Positions 48,790 to 61,740 of a DNA stretch of 64,000 nucleotides are shown here, in pieces. A program made the translations under genes and the position numbers. Origin of the DNA: Octopus sinensis. Its lineage: Eukaryota. A model generated the notes under the pieces. The model worked only from the letters and a program-made list of their open reading frames with translations, was not told the origin of the DNA and made no database searches. The DNA lies in NCBI RefSeq assembly GCF_006345805.1, contig NC_042999.1, positions 81,530,001-81,594,000 on the forward strand, given 5' to 3'. Position 1 is the stretch's first letter; each line of letters starts with the position of its first letter.

Positions 48790-50030
48790 TCTTGTTACTA
48801 TTCCTCCCCAACATCGCTTGTGCCCGTATACTCCGCCATCCTCCACGCCTCATTCAAGACGAAGGCGGAATCCGCGCAGGCATCGCCCGGCCACAAGCGA
48901 TATTCCTCATTGAGTCCCTGATGGCTATACGTCACGGGCAACGTTATGACCTCCACAGCTATCTGCGGAGGCCATTCGGTATCCTGTGTGAAGGTTAAAT
49001 GTACTCCTTTATGGGACTTTTCCACCACCTCTTCTACCTCTCCGCCTCTGTAGAAGAAAACCAATAGTTCCTCTTCCTCCGGGTTCGAGGTAGTCAATTC
49101 TACCGTTGGCGGCACAATTCCCCCCAACTGTATCTCTTTCCCTGCCGGTGGTACAACCCATACCGGCAAGGTTCCGGGACATTCCGGTGTTATATCACCG
49201 ACTGCCAGCAATATCCCGTTTCTCTTCCTCTTTTTTCTCTCAACTGAGGGAGTGTGCGTTTCCTTTGTGACTCGGAGATTCGCCTTCCCTCCTTCATCCC
49301 TAGGATCCCTCTGTGAGCACCAATGTTGCTCATCTTCTTCCTCTTGCAGCCCTTCTCTGAGGAGCCCTCCGTCTCCTCAGCCGCCTTCATTCCTTCTTCT
49401 AAAGAGCTCTCAGTCAACTACTCCAGGACTTTGCTTTGTTCTTGGGGAAGTTTTTCTTCATATTGCCAGGCTCCAGGCACCGATGACACCTGGGGGTGGG
49501 GGAGACCCTCAAGAATAACCGGGTACCTGCACCCGGCCATTTTTAAATATCTGGCATAACCAGATTCATGGGTGAGTGGGTCCACAGAGTCAAACAGCTT
49601 TTGACACAACCCAATCAGCCCCAGGAAGAATTTTCACATTGAGGAGCCTGGCTCCGCTGCCACCCAGAACCCGATGGATAGTATTCTCTATCTACTGGGT
49701 TCAATTTCGGGTGGCAAACCACTGACTCAAGCCCTCGTCAATTTTTCCAACAATAAGTTGGAAGAAACAAAATTTGGTTACCCTCAAAAAGATGGGTCGC
49801 AAAGCTGCGAGCCTTCTCTGGGGTGTCAAACAGCAACCACACTGCTGCATATTTGACACTCCCAGATATATACTTAATGGCTGGCAGATGTTCCGCCAAC
49901 TCCTGCTCAATGATCTGCTTGGAGAAGACGGTAATGGTATCGAGAACCTTCGAATACGTTCTCAACATCACCGTCCTCCCCTCTTGCTGTCTGAGCCACT
50001 CCATAGGTGGGACAATCTCCCACTCTAGAA
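48790..50030 (-). mobile_element. Probable ORF1 (gag-like) of an L1/Tx1-type LINE, frameshifted, ORF2 absent
   Basis: Long GC-richer open stretches (EGRTVMLRTYS..AAVWLLFDTPEKARSFA), then VILEGLP.PQ/CHRCLEPGNMKKNFP (degenerate CX2CX4HX4C knuckle), then a basic/acidic low-complexity region. Confidence 0.5.
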
Positions 50031-50277
50031 TCTTTTCCGTATTTTTGCCATGTTTTAAATTAAAAAGTAAAAAGACCAAAACAATAGTTCACAAATTTCA
50101 AAATGAAAACAGAGAAATCAAAACGAAGATAAAGGGAAGAAAAGAAAAGGCAAAACGTTCAATAAGAAAGTAACGACAGAAGAAGAAAACAACAGTTCAA
50201 CAAAACACAGTACAAAATTTTCTGGGCATTCAGGTACTGCAAGCCATATGATACTCCGATTGGAACCTGGACTGCTC

Positions 50278-50560
50278 CACTTGAAATACAGCTTTCCAAT
50301 TATTCGTAAACCTAGTTGTAAAAATACACACTATTCACAAACAGCGAACAAATCTTGGTGGCAGGTTACGCCACCAAACTATACTTCGCACGATGAGAAA
50401 AGAAATTTTACTTATTGTGAACACTTGAAATACAGCTTTCCAATTAATGGTAAATGAAAAAACATACGCTATTAAAAAGTGAACAACTTTTGGTTCAAGG
50501 ATACGCCTCCAAACTGTACTTCTCACAATGAGTAAGACATTTTCACTTAATGTGAACATT
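50278..50560. repeat. Imperfect tandem duplication, period 144 bp
   Basis: CACTTGAAATACAGCTTTCCAATTA at 50278 and 50422, with downstream blocks also repeated (ACGCC.CCAAACT.TACTTC.CAC.ATGAG, ACTTA.TGTGAACA). Confidence 0.8.
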
Positions 50561-50765
50561 ATTGCTGAACTGCAAGCAGAGCAACATCCTGAATCCAATG
50601 AGGACTCCTTGTTTATAAAAAATATAACCACAGACAACAACCCCCACTGGACCCAAAAGACAAAAGTCTTACCTTGTAGCAGCTTCTTTTTGGCAGGCTA
50701 AACATGCCGGCTATCTTCTTCAGTGCACAACACAATGACGCATGCGTACACTGACGACAAAGACT

Positions 50766-50810
50766 CATGGGTAAACGAGCTACTTACCACACAGGCACTC
50801 CTGCGCCTAT
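50766..50810 (-). mobile_element. SINE family A head fragment
   Basis: AGCTACTTACCACACAGGCACTCCTGCGCCT. Confidence 0.7.
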
Positions 50811-51931
50811 ACTTTATCTTTCATTAGGAAAGAAGAAAATTAGTTATTAAAGTTAATGAAACAATGTAATGTAGGAATTTAATGAAGACTGGCGGGACAA
50901 TCGATTGACATTTTTGGAAGAATCTTTGCAGAACACAGATGAAATTCAAGGTCTGTTATTGACGCTGAATACGCATTGAAAATGCTACACCGGGCTTCCA
51001 AGGAATAATACAAATCCCTTTATCAATTAAAGATATGGTAGCAGTAATTTCAATTATGTATTTCAAACAGATGAATAAACAGTGTTTCATAAACAGAGAT
51101 ATCCCACCTTGACAAGAAACATGTATTCCAAGGCTCTCTTACATCTAGAGAAAACATATAAGATATAAATAAAGAAAATAAAAATTACACTGTGTGACCT
51201 TTTAAGGGAAACGGAAATATCGGATGGAGGATTGAGTATCGATTTTAAACGGAGTCCGTTCATCTTTTCATTTTTTCCAAGTAGCCAGAAGGAGTCTATT
51301 TAAGAGAAACTTTGAAGTGCAATGATGGAAATTAGCAACATAGTAGAAACTTGAGACAAAGAAACGCATACGTGCGCACACGTATAGACACACACACACA
51401 CACGCACAAACACGCATACACATGCACGCACGCATTCATAAAGCGAATGAAATATGTAGATGCAGCGTGTTTTCCTTTATGGGCAGATGTTAAACATCTT
51501 CAGTAATTTCACAATTTCCGTTTTCTGTTTAACTAAATTAACGAGCCAATTAGCAGAAGAAGACATTCAGCTAAGTTGAAATTATGTTGAGGAAGTATAT
51601 AGCGTTTAATTAATATCGCTTTCGTGTAGACTAAAGGCTAATTATCAATGCACATTAAGAATCGATCACCGCCTCCGCGTATAATTCCCACAGCAATTAA
51701 TTTGTTGTCTTAGATATACCAAGAACAAAAACATAATGCCGGATATTACACCGAGATAGAAATTCACATCTAAATATATCTAGAATTATGTATGCATGTG
51801 TGCAAGTGTGTATATGCGAGTGTGTGTATGCATGTATATGTATGTATGCATTCATAAATGCATACATTAACACGTGTATACGCAAACACTCATACACACA
51901 GATACACACACATATTCTTATGTTCTTTAAT

Positions 51932-52095
51932 TTACTTTAGTCATTTGACTGCAGCCACGCAAGAGTACATCCATTAAGAATTTTAGTCGGAAAAATCGAC
52001 CCCAGGACTAATACTTTTCTAAACCTAGTACTTATTTTATTGGTCTCTTTTACCGAACTGCTAAGATAAAGGGATGTAAATACAGCAGCACCAAA
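51932..52095 (-). mobile_element. SINE family A 3' fragment, diverged
   Basis: TCATTTGACTGCAGCCA...TCGACCCCAGGACT...CTAGTACTTATT...CCGAACTGCTAAG. Confidence 0.7.
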
Positions 52096-52374
52096 TACAG
52101 ACACGCGCAATCACACAGACATACAATCACAAACACACACACACGCAAACACAAACACAATCACACGCACGCACACACACATGCACACATATATAATAGA
52201 ATTATAAAAAGAAAGGTCTTGGTACAGGATTATTTGAAAATTCTAGTAGAGATGGCTTTTTGTGGGGAGGGGATAATTTTTGTTGTATGAGTACAAAAGA
52301 AAAAATCTTTTTGGTATTTAAGCAAGCAATAAAACGTACATTTTTCAATTTGAAAATGGCCACTTGAAGCACAG

Positions 52375-52440
52375 AGTACTGGGGTCGATCTATTCGACTG
52401 GCCCCCTCCCCCAAAATTTCAGGCCTTGTGCCTAGGGTAG
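52375..52440 (+). mobile_element. SINE family B 3' fragment with CCCAAAATTTCAGGCCTTGTGCCT tail
   Basis: ACTGGGGTCGATCTATTCGACTGGCCCCCTCCCCCAAAATTTC. Confidence 0.65.
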
Positions 52441-52449
52441 ATAATGATG

Positions 52450-52496
<47 letters not shown>

Positions 52497-53089
52497 TATA
52501 CATATGTACCTTTGATTTCGTTGTGGAAAGACGTATTTTTCGAGCTCGTGAAACAATCAAGAAGGATTCCTTAAATCGACGAAAAATCTACAAAAACTGA
52601 CAAAACATAGTAGTGCTTGTTATTTCATAACGGTCTACTATAATACATTGGTAACAAGTTAATATATTACATGAAAGTCAGTGATGCAAGCCAGAGTTAT
52701 CCTCGAAGAAAGCATGTGGTGATAAATCGTACTTTCATTAGTGGCCGTGCGTAAAGATTAATCTCTTTTTCTTTGAAACAATACTACTTCCTACAAGAAC
52801 AAGGATTGGAATTTTACCTCTTGGGAATAAGTATCTTATTCATTTTGCTTTTTTTTTTCTATCTTTGGTAATACCGGATGAAAATTTGAGTTAAGAAGTA
52901 TTGTTTGTTTACATTGTATCTGAAAGTCTACGGTAGCAAATACGTTACGAATCCTCCTATTTTTATCACTATTGCTTTTCATTTAACTTTTTCTTACGGC
53001 TACCTCTTCGTATACATTCTACTTGAAAAGTTTACGGTAGCAAATTCGTTACGAAAACTTTTTCTCGTCACAATCATTTTTTTCACGCT

Positions 53090-53670
53090 ATCTTTTTTTT
53101 TTTATTACAGCTGCCCTCCACCTATCGTTTTTCCCTTTCCTTCATATGTTCGTTACCTGCTCCTCCCCTCTCTCTTTAATACCTTCGGCTTTCTCTCCCC
53201 TCTCACCTTCTCTTCCATATATTCCTTCTCCCGCTTCTCTCTCCCTCCCTTTCTCTCTCTACACCTACCTCTCTCACTTACTTTTTCATATCTTCTTTTA
53301 CTCTCCTTTCCCTCACACTGTCTCTTCCCCTTTCATATCTTCCTCCTTATCCCACTTCTCTCTCCCTTCTTCTGTCTCTTTCAACATCTACTTCTCCTCT
53401 CTCATCTCACCTTCTCCCTCATATATGTCTCATTCCGTCTCTCCATTTCCCTTACATGCCTCATTCTCTCCTCTCTCTCTTTCCCTCTGTCTCTCTTTCT
53501 CTTCCCCTTCTCTCTCTCCATCAGTCTTGCTATCTCTCCATAGCACTTTCTCTTTCTTTATATCACCCTCTATTTTTCCTTCATATCTCCGTCTCACTCC
53601 GTCTTTCTTTCTTCCTCTATACCTCCTTCTGTCTCTTTCACTTCTCTATCCTCCCCTCACTCTCTGGGCT
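53090..53670. repeat. Long polypyrimidine (CT-rich) low-complexity tract
   Basis: About 580 bp almost entirely C/T on the plus strand. Confidence 0.9.
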
Positions 53671-54109
53671 TAGAAAACGAAGATGGCACCAAAGAGAGCA
53701 AAGAATTAAATCTTCGGTTGCGAGCATAGACGATTGCTAGCAGCGGCCCTCCAAACTTCATCGCTGCTGCACTGAAGAACTATGGCTTCTGCAGAACCAT
53801 TGAGCAGATAGAGCGGAAGAAAAATGAACTCATCCGATCCTATGCCCTTATCGGACCACGCATTGACACTCTTGATGTCATCATGGAAAACTATTGACAA
53901 CGAAAAAATATACAAATGCAGTGCACTCTTCAGATGTTATGCGCAAGGCAGCAGATGAGCAAGAGTCATTTTGTGCATGACACTAAAGATTGTGCAGCAG
54001 CTGACCTAGCTACATCAAGTGGAAATAGGGAATCTTACCCTCCACTGTACAAGACTACCGCAATCAACAAGCACGGAATGGCCTCGCCTAACGCCTGCAC
54101 AGTTGTCAT

Positions 54110-55768
54110 GCAAATATTATCACTAACAATTGGGGACCTGTTGCATCACAACAAGAAAAGCAATTTTTTTTCCCGAGAGACCTTGCTGCGTGCAGTCAAG
54201 TCCCATGCATAGCACTCGCGAAAACTCATCTGAACACTGATATACAGGATGCAGAAGTACACAAGCAAAATATACCATACTGCGAACAGACAGAAGGGGA
54301 AAGAGCCATGGTGTAGTTGTTATATACATCAGTGAAGACCTCACACCTTAGGTCTTAATGTCATAATCAAATTCAGTATGGTAAACTCTAATTGTATACA
54401 TGAGACAACACAATATAGTCATATGCAATAGATATTGCCAACCGTATGCTCCAAACCACATAGGCAAAATTGAAGATTGCCGCACAAGAATTAAAGAAAT
54501 ACTCATAAAACTAGAACATCACGTGAGAGTATTTCTTATGGGTGATTTCAACTTCCCGAAAGTCAAATGGTACGAAGGCCTCATGCTCTCAGGAATGTCT
54601 ATTGCAAACAAGCATAGGTGGAGCTCCTGCTGAACTTCACCAATGCCCTATTCATGGAGCAAGTTGTGCTCAGACCAACTAGGGCAACATAACTTTTCCG
54701 ATCTCTGTTTGACAAACAATACAGACGTCGTTCACTATGTGAAAGTGACGCCAATATATTTTTCGGATCACAACATAATAGAGCTGTCTATGTATGAAGT
54801 AAAAGTAGACAGAGACATACAGCCTAAAGGAAGCATCCAAAATCTCTCCAATCTGAACTTCCACAAAGCAGACTGGAAATCAATGCAAAGACATCCTCTG
54901 TCAGAAATGGATGAAATGTCTCTCCACACCAGACACTGACATGAAGCTAGAGTATTTCATGTGTGTTATGCCAGAAATATGTCCCAGAACATAAGGTCAA
55001 CACAAAAAGGAACAAGATTCCATGGGAGAGGAAGATACTCATGAAACGGTGGACGAAGGTTGCAAATCGCTTCAACCAACATTTCAAAAGTAGTGAACGG
55101 TCCCGCCTAAAACACCACTCATGGGGATTGAAGAAAAACCTGCAACAATCCTATGTGATGGAGGGAGCAAACAAAGAAGTCTGGGTTATAAAAAAAACAT
55201 TAAATCAAACCCAAAGGTCTTTTTTCATTATGCCAAATAAACAGCCTGAGAACACTGCAAAATAGGACCCCTCTTCCAAACAGATGGCTCCCTCACACGT
55301 AGTCCAACCAGGATCAGTGGGGTACTGAATGACCACTTCAAAAGTGTATATACTACCCAATTGGAACACAGACAAGTGAAAGAACCAGTCGATTTATTTG
55401 CCGCCTCACTTATAACCAGCGAGGCAGTTACGATGGATTACATCGACATTAACGAGGAAGATATACTACTGGCCATAGATGAGTTGGACGCAAAGTCAAC
55501 TGCTGGTCCGGATGGTTTCTCAGCAGTCCTCCTCAAATCGTGTAGTCGTGCCCTCGCGAAACCATTACAGATTCTCTTCCAGAGCTTTCTTGCAAATAGC
55601 AGGCTGCCAAGCATACTAAAGGAGGGAATATTATGCACAATCTATAAAGGAGGAAGCAGAACAGATGCCAAAAGCTATACTCCCATCTCTCTGACTTCTC
55701 ACATCAGTAAAGTCATGGAACGGATAGTCAGAGGGAAAGTAATCGCATTCCTTGAAGAAAATGGCATA
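54110..55768 (+). mobile_element. CR1-like LINE ORF2 remnant: APE endonuclease plus N-terminal RT, 3'-truncated
   Basis: ALAKTHLNTDIQDAEV..LRTDRRGKSHGVVVIYI; FLMGDFNFPKVKW; DLCLTNN..FSDHNIIEL; KSTAGPDGFSAVLLK..IYKGGSRTDAKSYTPISLTSHISKVMERIV. Confidence 0.88.
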
Positions 55769-57867
55769 AGATATGAGTTCAAAGATGGTGACGTGTTTTA
55801 GGATGGAGAATATAATGAAAAATTGATGGGGTATGCTCATCACTAAAATGACAGTATTCCGTATGTTGGCTTCACAAAGTAGTACATCAACTCCCTCTTT
55901 TTGTCACATACCCACGTGTTCTCTCTCTTTTATTATTACTCCCACTGCCACCATCAACACTGCTACTTTTAATAAAACATCATCAACTCTCACTAACTTC
56001 CTTTGTCTTTCTTTCTCGCCCACTATTATTCTTTATCTCACTCGTTCTTTCTCTGTCTTGGCCACCACACACATCGTCTGTATGCCTACTATTACTCTCA
56101 CCCCTATCTTGAGGAATAGTAGGAGTTTCATTGAATAGTGATGGAGGGGCTCTAAGTGTGACACGCTGACATACAAAATTAGTTTTCGCATTTATTATAT
56201 CATATATATATATATACATATTAATATAATCACGTATTCCCGGCACTCAAAGCGATGTGCAAAAACAACAAAATATACACTCGCACCACACAAAAAGACA
56301 CAAGATAAACCTTCATGAATTGAGATCTCATAATACAAAGTTATGAATGAAAACTTAAGCTAAATAAAGATAAGAAATCTAATACAAAATGAGAAGTGCT
56401 CTAACTCCATCTATTTACCCCTGTAGGGATATATGTATGTGTATGTGTGGTTGTGTGTGGATTTAATATATATATATGTATGTATATGTATAATGTACGC
56501 ATATGTGAGCGTGCGCACTCACATGCAGAAATACTATAAAACGTATATTGATGACTAATCAAATAATTGATACCTCGAAGCCAGTTTGCATCGCTATATT
56601 TTTGTTTTTTATTTGCTTCTGTTCTGTGAGTGTGTGCGTGCGTGTGTGTGTGTGTGTGTGTGTGTGTTTATATTTTTATGCTTTACAGTTCAAGATATCG
56701 AATTTCCGTCTGTTATTTCTTTCTCGTTTTCATTTCTATTCTCGGTTTATTCAAACAGTTAAATAAAATATTCACGTCGGGGAACTAAATTTTTATTCCA
56801 TTTAAAGTTTATTTCAAATAATGATTCCTAAGTGTGCCAGTATTAAATGAATTGGATTTGTACACCATTTTCACCGATCCAAACCCATTCCTGCATACCT
56901 GGTCTTTTCCTCCCTCGTTGTATAATAACTCACTGAAATTGTGTGGGTGTTCTCATATATAAATGGTTTATATGCCTTACTTTTTTTATCTAATATTGCA
57001 TGCGTTATAAATTTCTTAAATTTATCAATGTAACTGTGCCCCAAGTTCGATTTGTTTCTAAAATTTTATTTACTATCACTGATATATTTCAATTTTTAAT
57101 ATTTATTGACTAGGAAGATGTTTCATTTTGAAGTATTTGATTACCGAAAGAACTTTCTTAATTTTATTTCAATCAGTAATTTTTTAAAATGAGAGATGCA
57201 TGCTTTGCTCCCCACTCTCTCTCTCTCCCTCACAACACACACATGCGCGCGCACACGCTCAAATAAAAGAAACGCATATATAAACATACACACATTCATA
57301 TTCTATTTGCATGTATATATATTTTCTTGCATTTATATATGCTTCATTTTCCCCAAATATTAATGATACACAATTGTGAAAAAGAGAAATTAAATAAGGA
57401 GATTCATGAAATGTGTAAAAGCCAACGGCATTGATATCATGAAACGAAAGGAAATAAGAACCTTACAAAAATATTAGGAATTTAAAGAAACGCAGTTATA
57501 CATTCATTGAGGCCAACGTATGCTTGTAAATGCATTTGAATATGATAATGAATGCTGTGATCGTTAATTCATATGCTTCATATATGAGGGTGGTTGTTTC
57601 AAATCATATACTGACAGTCGTCACAAGAAGCGTTTTAAGTATAACATCTGCAATTGCACTTCTGAATGAACTATAAACAAATATAATAGAATGGTAAGTT
57701 AATGGTTAAAATGTGAAATAGATTAAGAAATAAAAATCTACACCTTAATCTGCCTCATTGGACAGTTTTATTTTTCTTTGTATCTCTTAGCATCCACATC
57801 ACTTTCTAATTTACCTTAAATAAACTCAACTTCTTTCTCTTAATAAGCACAAACACACCACACACAC

Positions 57868-57935
<68 letters not shown>

Positions 57936-58094
57936 ATTTGATGTGAATTCGGTGGGAGAGTCATTACTCCAATAGCAATATTACACGCACACGTTTATTA
58001 CCACGTCTAGCTTGTTAGTTGAGTGGTTAAATATCTAATCAATTAACTAATCAATCATTTGTTTATTATGCTGGTTAAGCAATCAATTGATTAT

Positions 58095-58176
58095 TCTTTG
58101 TAAGTCTAGTACTCATTCTATCGATCTCTCTTGCGGAACCGGTAAGTGACGGGGACGTAAACACACCAGCATCGGT
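58095..58176 (-). mobile_element. SINE family A internal fragment
   Basis: TCTTTGTAAGTCTAGTACTCATTCTATCG...GACGGGGACGTAAACACACCAGCATCGGT. Confidence 0.75.
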
Positions 58177-58189
58177 ACAGTAGCATGAC

Positions 58190-59375
58190 TTGCAACGTCT
58201 CCAGATGGAGGTGCCAATCTGCGATTCGTTCTGATCGCATAAATGACCTCAAGATGTTTATCATCTTCATGTGTTGCAGCGAAAGACGTGCAGTATGCTA
58301 GCTCGATTCCAACATTTCCCTCTGTGTCTCAAGTTTCTGTTGTAGACCGTGCAGGTACAAAGACGATTCTACATCATTGAACGTGATTTCACTAGAGAGT
58401 GGATCATCCTAAAGGTTCCCTATCGTCTCCAATTCCAGTGTCACACTGTCATTAGATAAAGAGAATTGATCCGTAACACGCTGCTCGAGAGAAGCGTGTG
58501 AAAGACGAAATCTAAAAGGAGATGACGACGAATGACAGGAGCAACTGCATTTCCTTTAAGTATACGGGTAACAGGGTTCATCAGCGATGATCACTTCCAG
58601 GATTTCTTGAAGGCTTATTCCTTTCATCAAAGATTTAATGCTATCCAGAAAGCTCATTAGTGTTTGAAATCCCCTATTTCTTGAACTAATCGGATGTAGA
58701 TCACTGTCCACTCCAGCACTTTCCACAATTGTAGTTACCATGAACCACAAAGGCTGGTCAAAAGTGAGCACTGGTGTTGCTCTATAGCGCTTGGCATGCT
58801 CTGCAACGAAGTGTAAGTTAGAGTTGACACATGTCATGTCACTCGGTTTCATATCAAACAGGGAAACGAACATGCTGGATGACTGACCTCAGTGGTCTCC
58901 TTTGTTAACCATTTCCATGTATCCTGTCCATCCTGATATTGGTAACTGGACAGACAGGAGATCTACCTTGGGGCTGCGTTTGGGATTCTCTGGCCGATTT
59001 TTATAACTGATATTAACAAGTTCATTACCAAGTGTGCTGATGTGTTCTACAGCGGCGATATTCTCAGCAGTCACTGACACTTGTTTTACCACTGAGGTGT
59101 CATCACAATTGAGTGTTACAACCGTTATAATACCTATTCCATGGAATGTCCCAGAGCCGTCAAGTGTCATAGTGTCATGATCCACGTTTTCGGCCACCTA
59201 TTGAACAAACTGTCCAGGGAGGAACTCCGGAATGTTCAATCTCTGGTTGACAGCTGCACTTTGTTCATATTTGTGCACCTCTGAATATGAACTACAGAAC
59301 CCATGCATTTGTACACCTAGAAATAATTGCAATGGTGGAATTAGAACTCTAGGGCGGGTAGCCTGCATTATATCT
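58190..59375 (-). pseudogene. DNA transposon transposase remnant, probably Academ-type
   Basis: QATRPRVLIPPLQLFLGVQMH; GFCSSYSEV; ENVDHDTMTLDGSGTFHGIGII; PSDMTCV; TPVLTFDQPLW; GFQTLMSFLDSI..LM; ILRSFMRSERIADWHLHL. The superfamily assignment is from recalled motifs, not from a search. Confidence 0.55.
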
Positions 59376-59518
59376 CACTCCACAATATTAGTACGCCTCT
59401 TCATTTCTTGAGTACGCTGAGGGTCTGCGTATTTTCTGAAACAAAGATTTTACAGAGTTAGCAAAAAATGCAACAATGACCATAAAACGGTATGTCCTCA
59501 CATACCTTACGCATCCTG

Positions 59519-59557
<39 letters not shown>

Positions 59558-61539
59558 TTGAGTGTGTGTGTTTGAGTGTGTGTCTGCGCGCGAGTGTGTC
59601 TGTGTGTGTGTGTGATAAAACACACACACACACCACGATAACACACACATAAAGCATTCCTCCGAAAAACAAAAGCACAAAAAGAGCAAAACAAATGCCA
59701 AATAATTCCAGCGTAACTCTCTGAATAATCATCCATAAAAGACATTTAACCACTAAACCATTTTTTCTCAATAGAAAAAGAAAAACAGAAAAATGTTTTT
59801 GACAATATATTCCAAAAACACACCTACACACGCTCCATGAATAAGAAACTTCACATTGAATTCAAAAGACATCTTTTCAATAGAATTCCTGAAATTTGAA
59901 CTCTGAACCCTCACCCCAAACCTATATAGACAAAACCTATATAAGAGAATCACTGTAAAATAGTGAAAGCAAAATTTCACTAAGAACTCGAATATGGGTA
60001 CAAACTGTTAAATACCCATTTTTTCCCTCTCTGATTACCAAAAAATTTCTTTCTAACATTTGAAACCGGCTATATTTTAAATCACTCACTGTAACAAAAT
60101 TATTCAATATTCTCTAAAATATACTTCTGTTCCTTTTCTTACTTTACTTTTTTAACTATAAATTTTCATATCTATGGACTCTTAACTCCTCTTCAACTTC
60201 ACACATACACACACATCTAGGAGTAGTGAAAGCGAATGATGAGAATTAAGATGCTCTGCATCGAAATTCGAAATTACCGGTGAATTAATTTCAATTAGAA
60301 ACTGTATGAGCAAGACAAACAATGGGTTAGACATTAACAATAGCTCAACGAACCAACGAAGGAAAGCCTCTACATTACAGATCCAGCCGGTAGAAATGAC
60401 GGCCAATCAACGTTAAATGCAGTAGCCTGTACACCTTTACAAAGAACACATTAGACACAGTAGTATTGGATATACAGACAAAAGCCGGTATATCTAGGTG
60501 GTCATTTTCAGTATATCTTATATGCGTCTGCACTATCTGGATTGCACTAAAGTTAATCAGTAATAATAAGTGTAATAATGCTTAAGATGTGTTTTCTTAT
60601 GATAATATGCCATGTAAGGAACAGAGAAAGTTCATGTTTAATTTACCTAGCTAAAGGTCCACGAAAGCATAGTTTGTCATATTCATAAAATATGAACTAG
60701 ACATCGAATTATGTTGGACTTGGAAACATTATTTTCTTAACGGCGTCTATCAAGAAATGAGAAACACAAGTTTATAATTGAGTCATTTCACCCATTGTTA
60801 ATCTGTGTCGAGTAACAATAACAAATTCAATTATTCAACATGTACCTGGTCACGTAGATCTGTTTGAAATAGTCGGCTACTTTTACTCAGGTGGTAAGAC
60901 TACATCCATATTAAGAACAGGATACACTAGACATTGTTGTCGTGCATAAATCTATGATTAGGTGATGGCCGTAGTTTGATACTGTGACTGTTTCTTCGAA
61001 GTTGGCTTGTCTCTCAAAAACAACACTGTCATATAGAACGGTGTTGATTCATGTTGGTCACGTAGTACCGTAGAGTGACATTAGCAACAACAACAACTTA
61101 TAGAGAATATTGTCGTTGCTTTTTCATATCAGTGAATGATCTCAATTTCTAAAATAGCGTTGTTGGTGTAAATTGAGCAAACGTTAATATAAAATTGTTA
61201 TGAGATTTATCAACCCCGTAACGATGAAAGCATAATATAGCATCGTCGGTTTCAGTTCAATATATGAGAGTAAGTAAACGTTTCGCCCCGGTCATTGAAT
61301 TATCAAACATGATAAATACTTTTAATATTTTGTCTAAATACGGAATGATAGTGTACAAAATGGAGAGGTCAAAAGGGAAAATGCTATAATAACACTAGCA
61401 ATAAATCTCATCAAACACCAAGCCGAAGTTAGACATCATTTACTGACATCAAAATGGCTATTCTTTCTTTCAGCATGTGTGTTTACACACGCGGACACAT
61501 AGGTAGGCACATATACCTAACAATATATGTGTGTGCGTT

Positions 61540-61740
<201 letters not shown>

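Noticed and set aside
50278-50560. CRISPR-like repeat-spacer reading of the 25-bp repeated block
   Set aside because: There are only two units, the intervening DNA is also homologous, the context is eukaryotic and no cas genes are present.
52905-53673. Long 175-212 aa F/L/S/P-rich ORFs that look membrane-like
   Set aside because: They are an artefact of the stop-free polypyrimidine tract.
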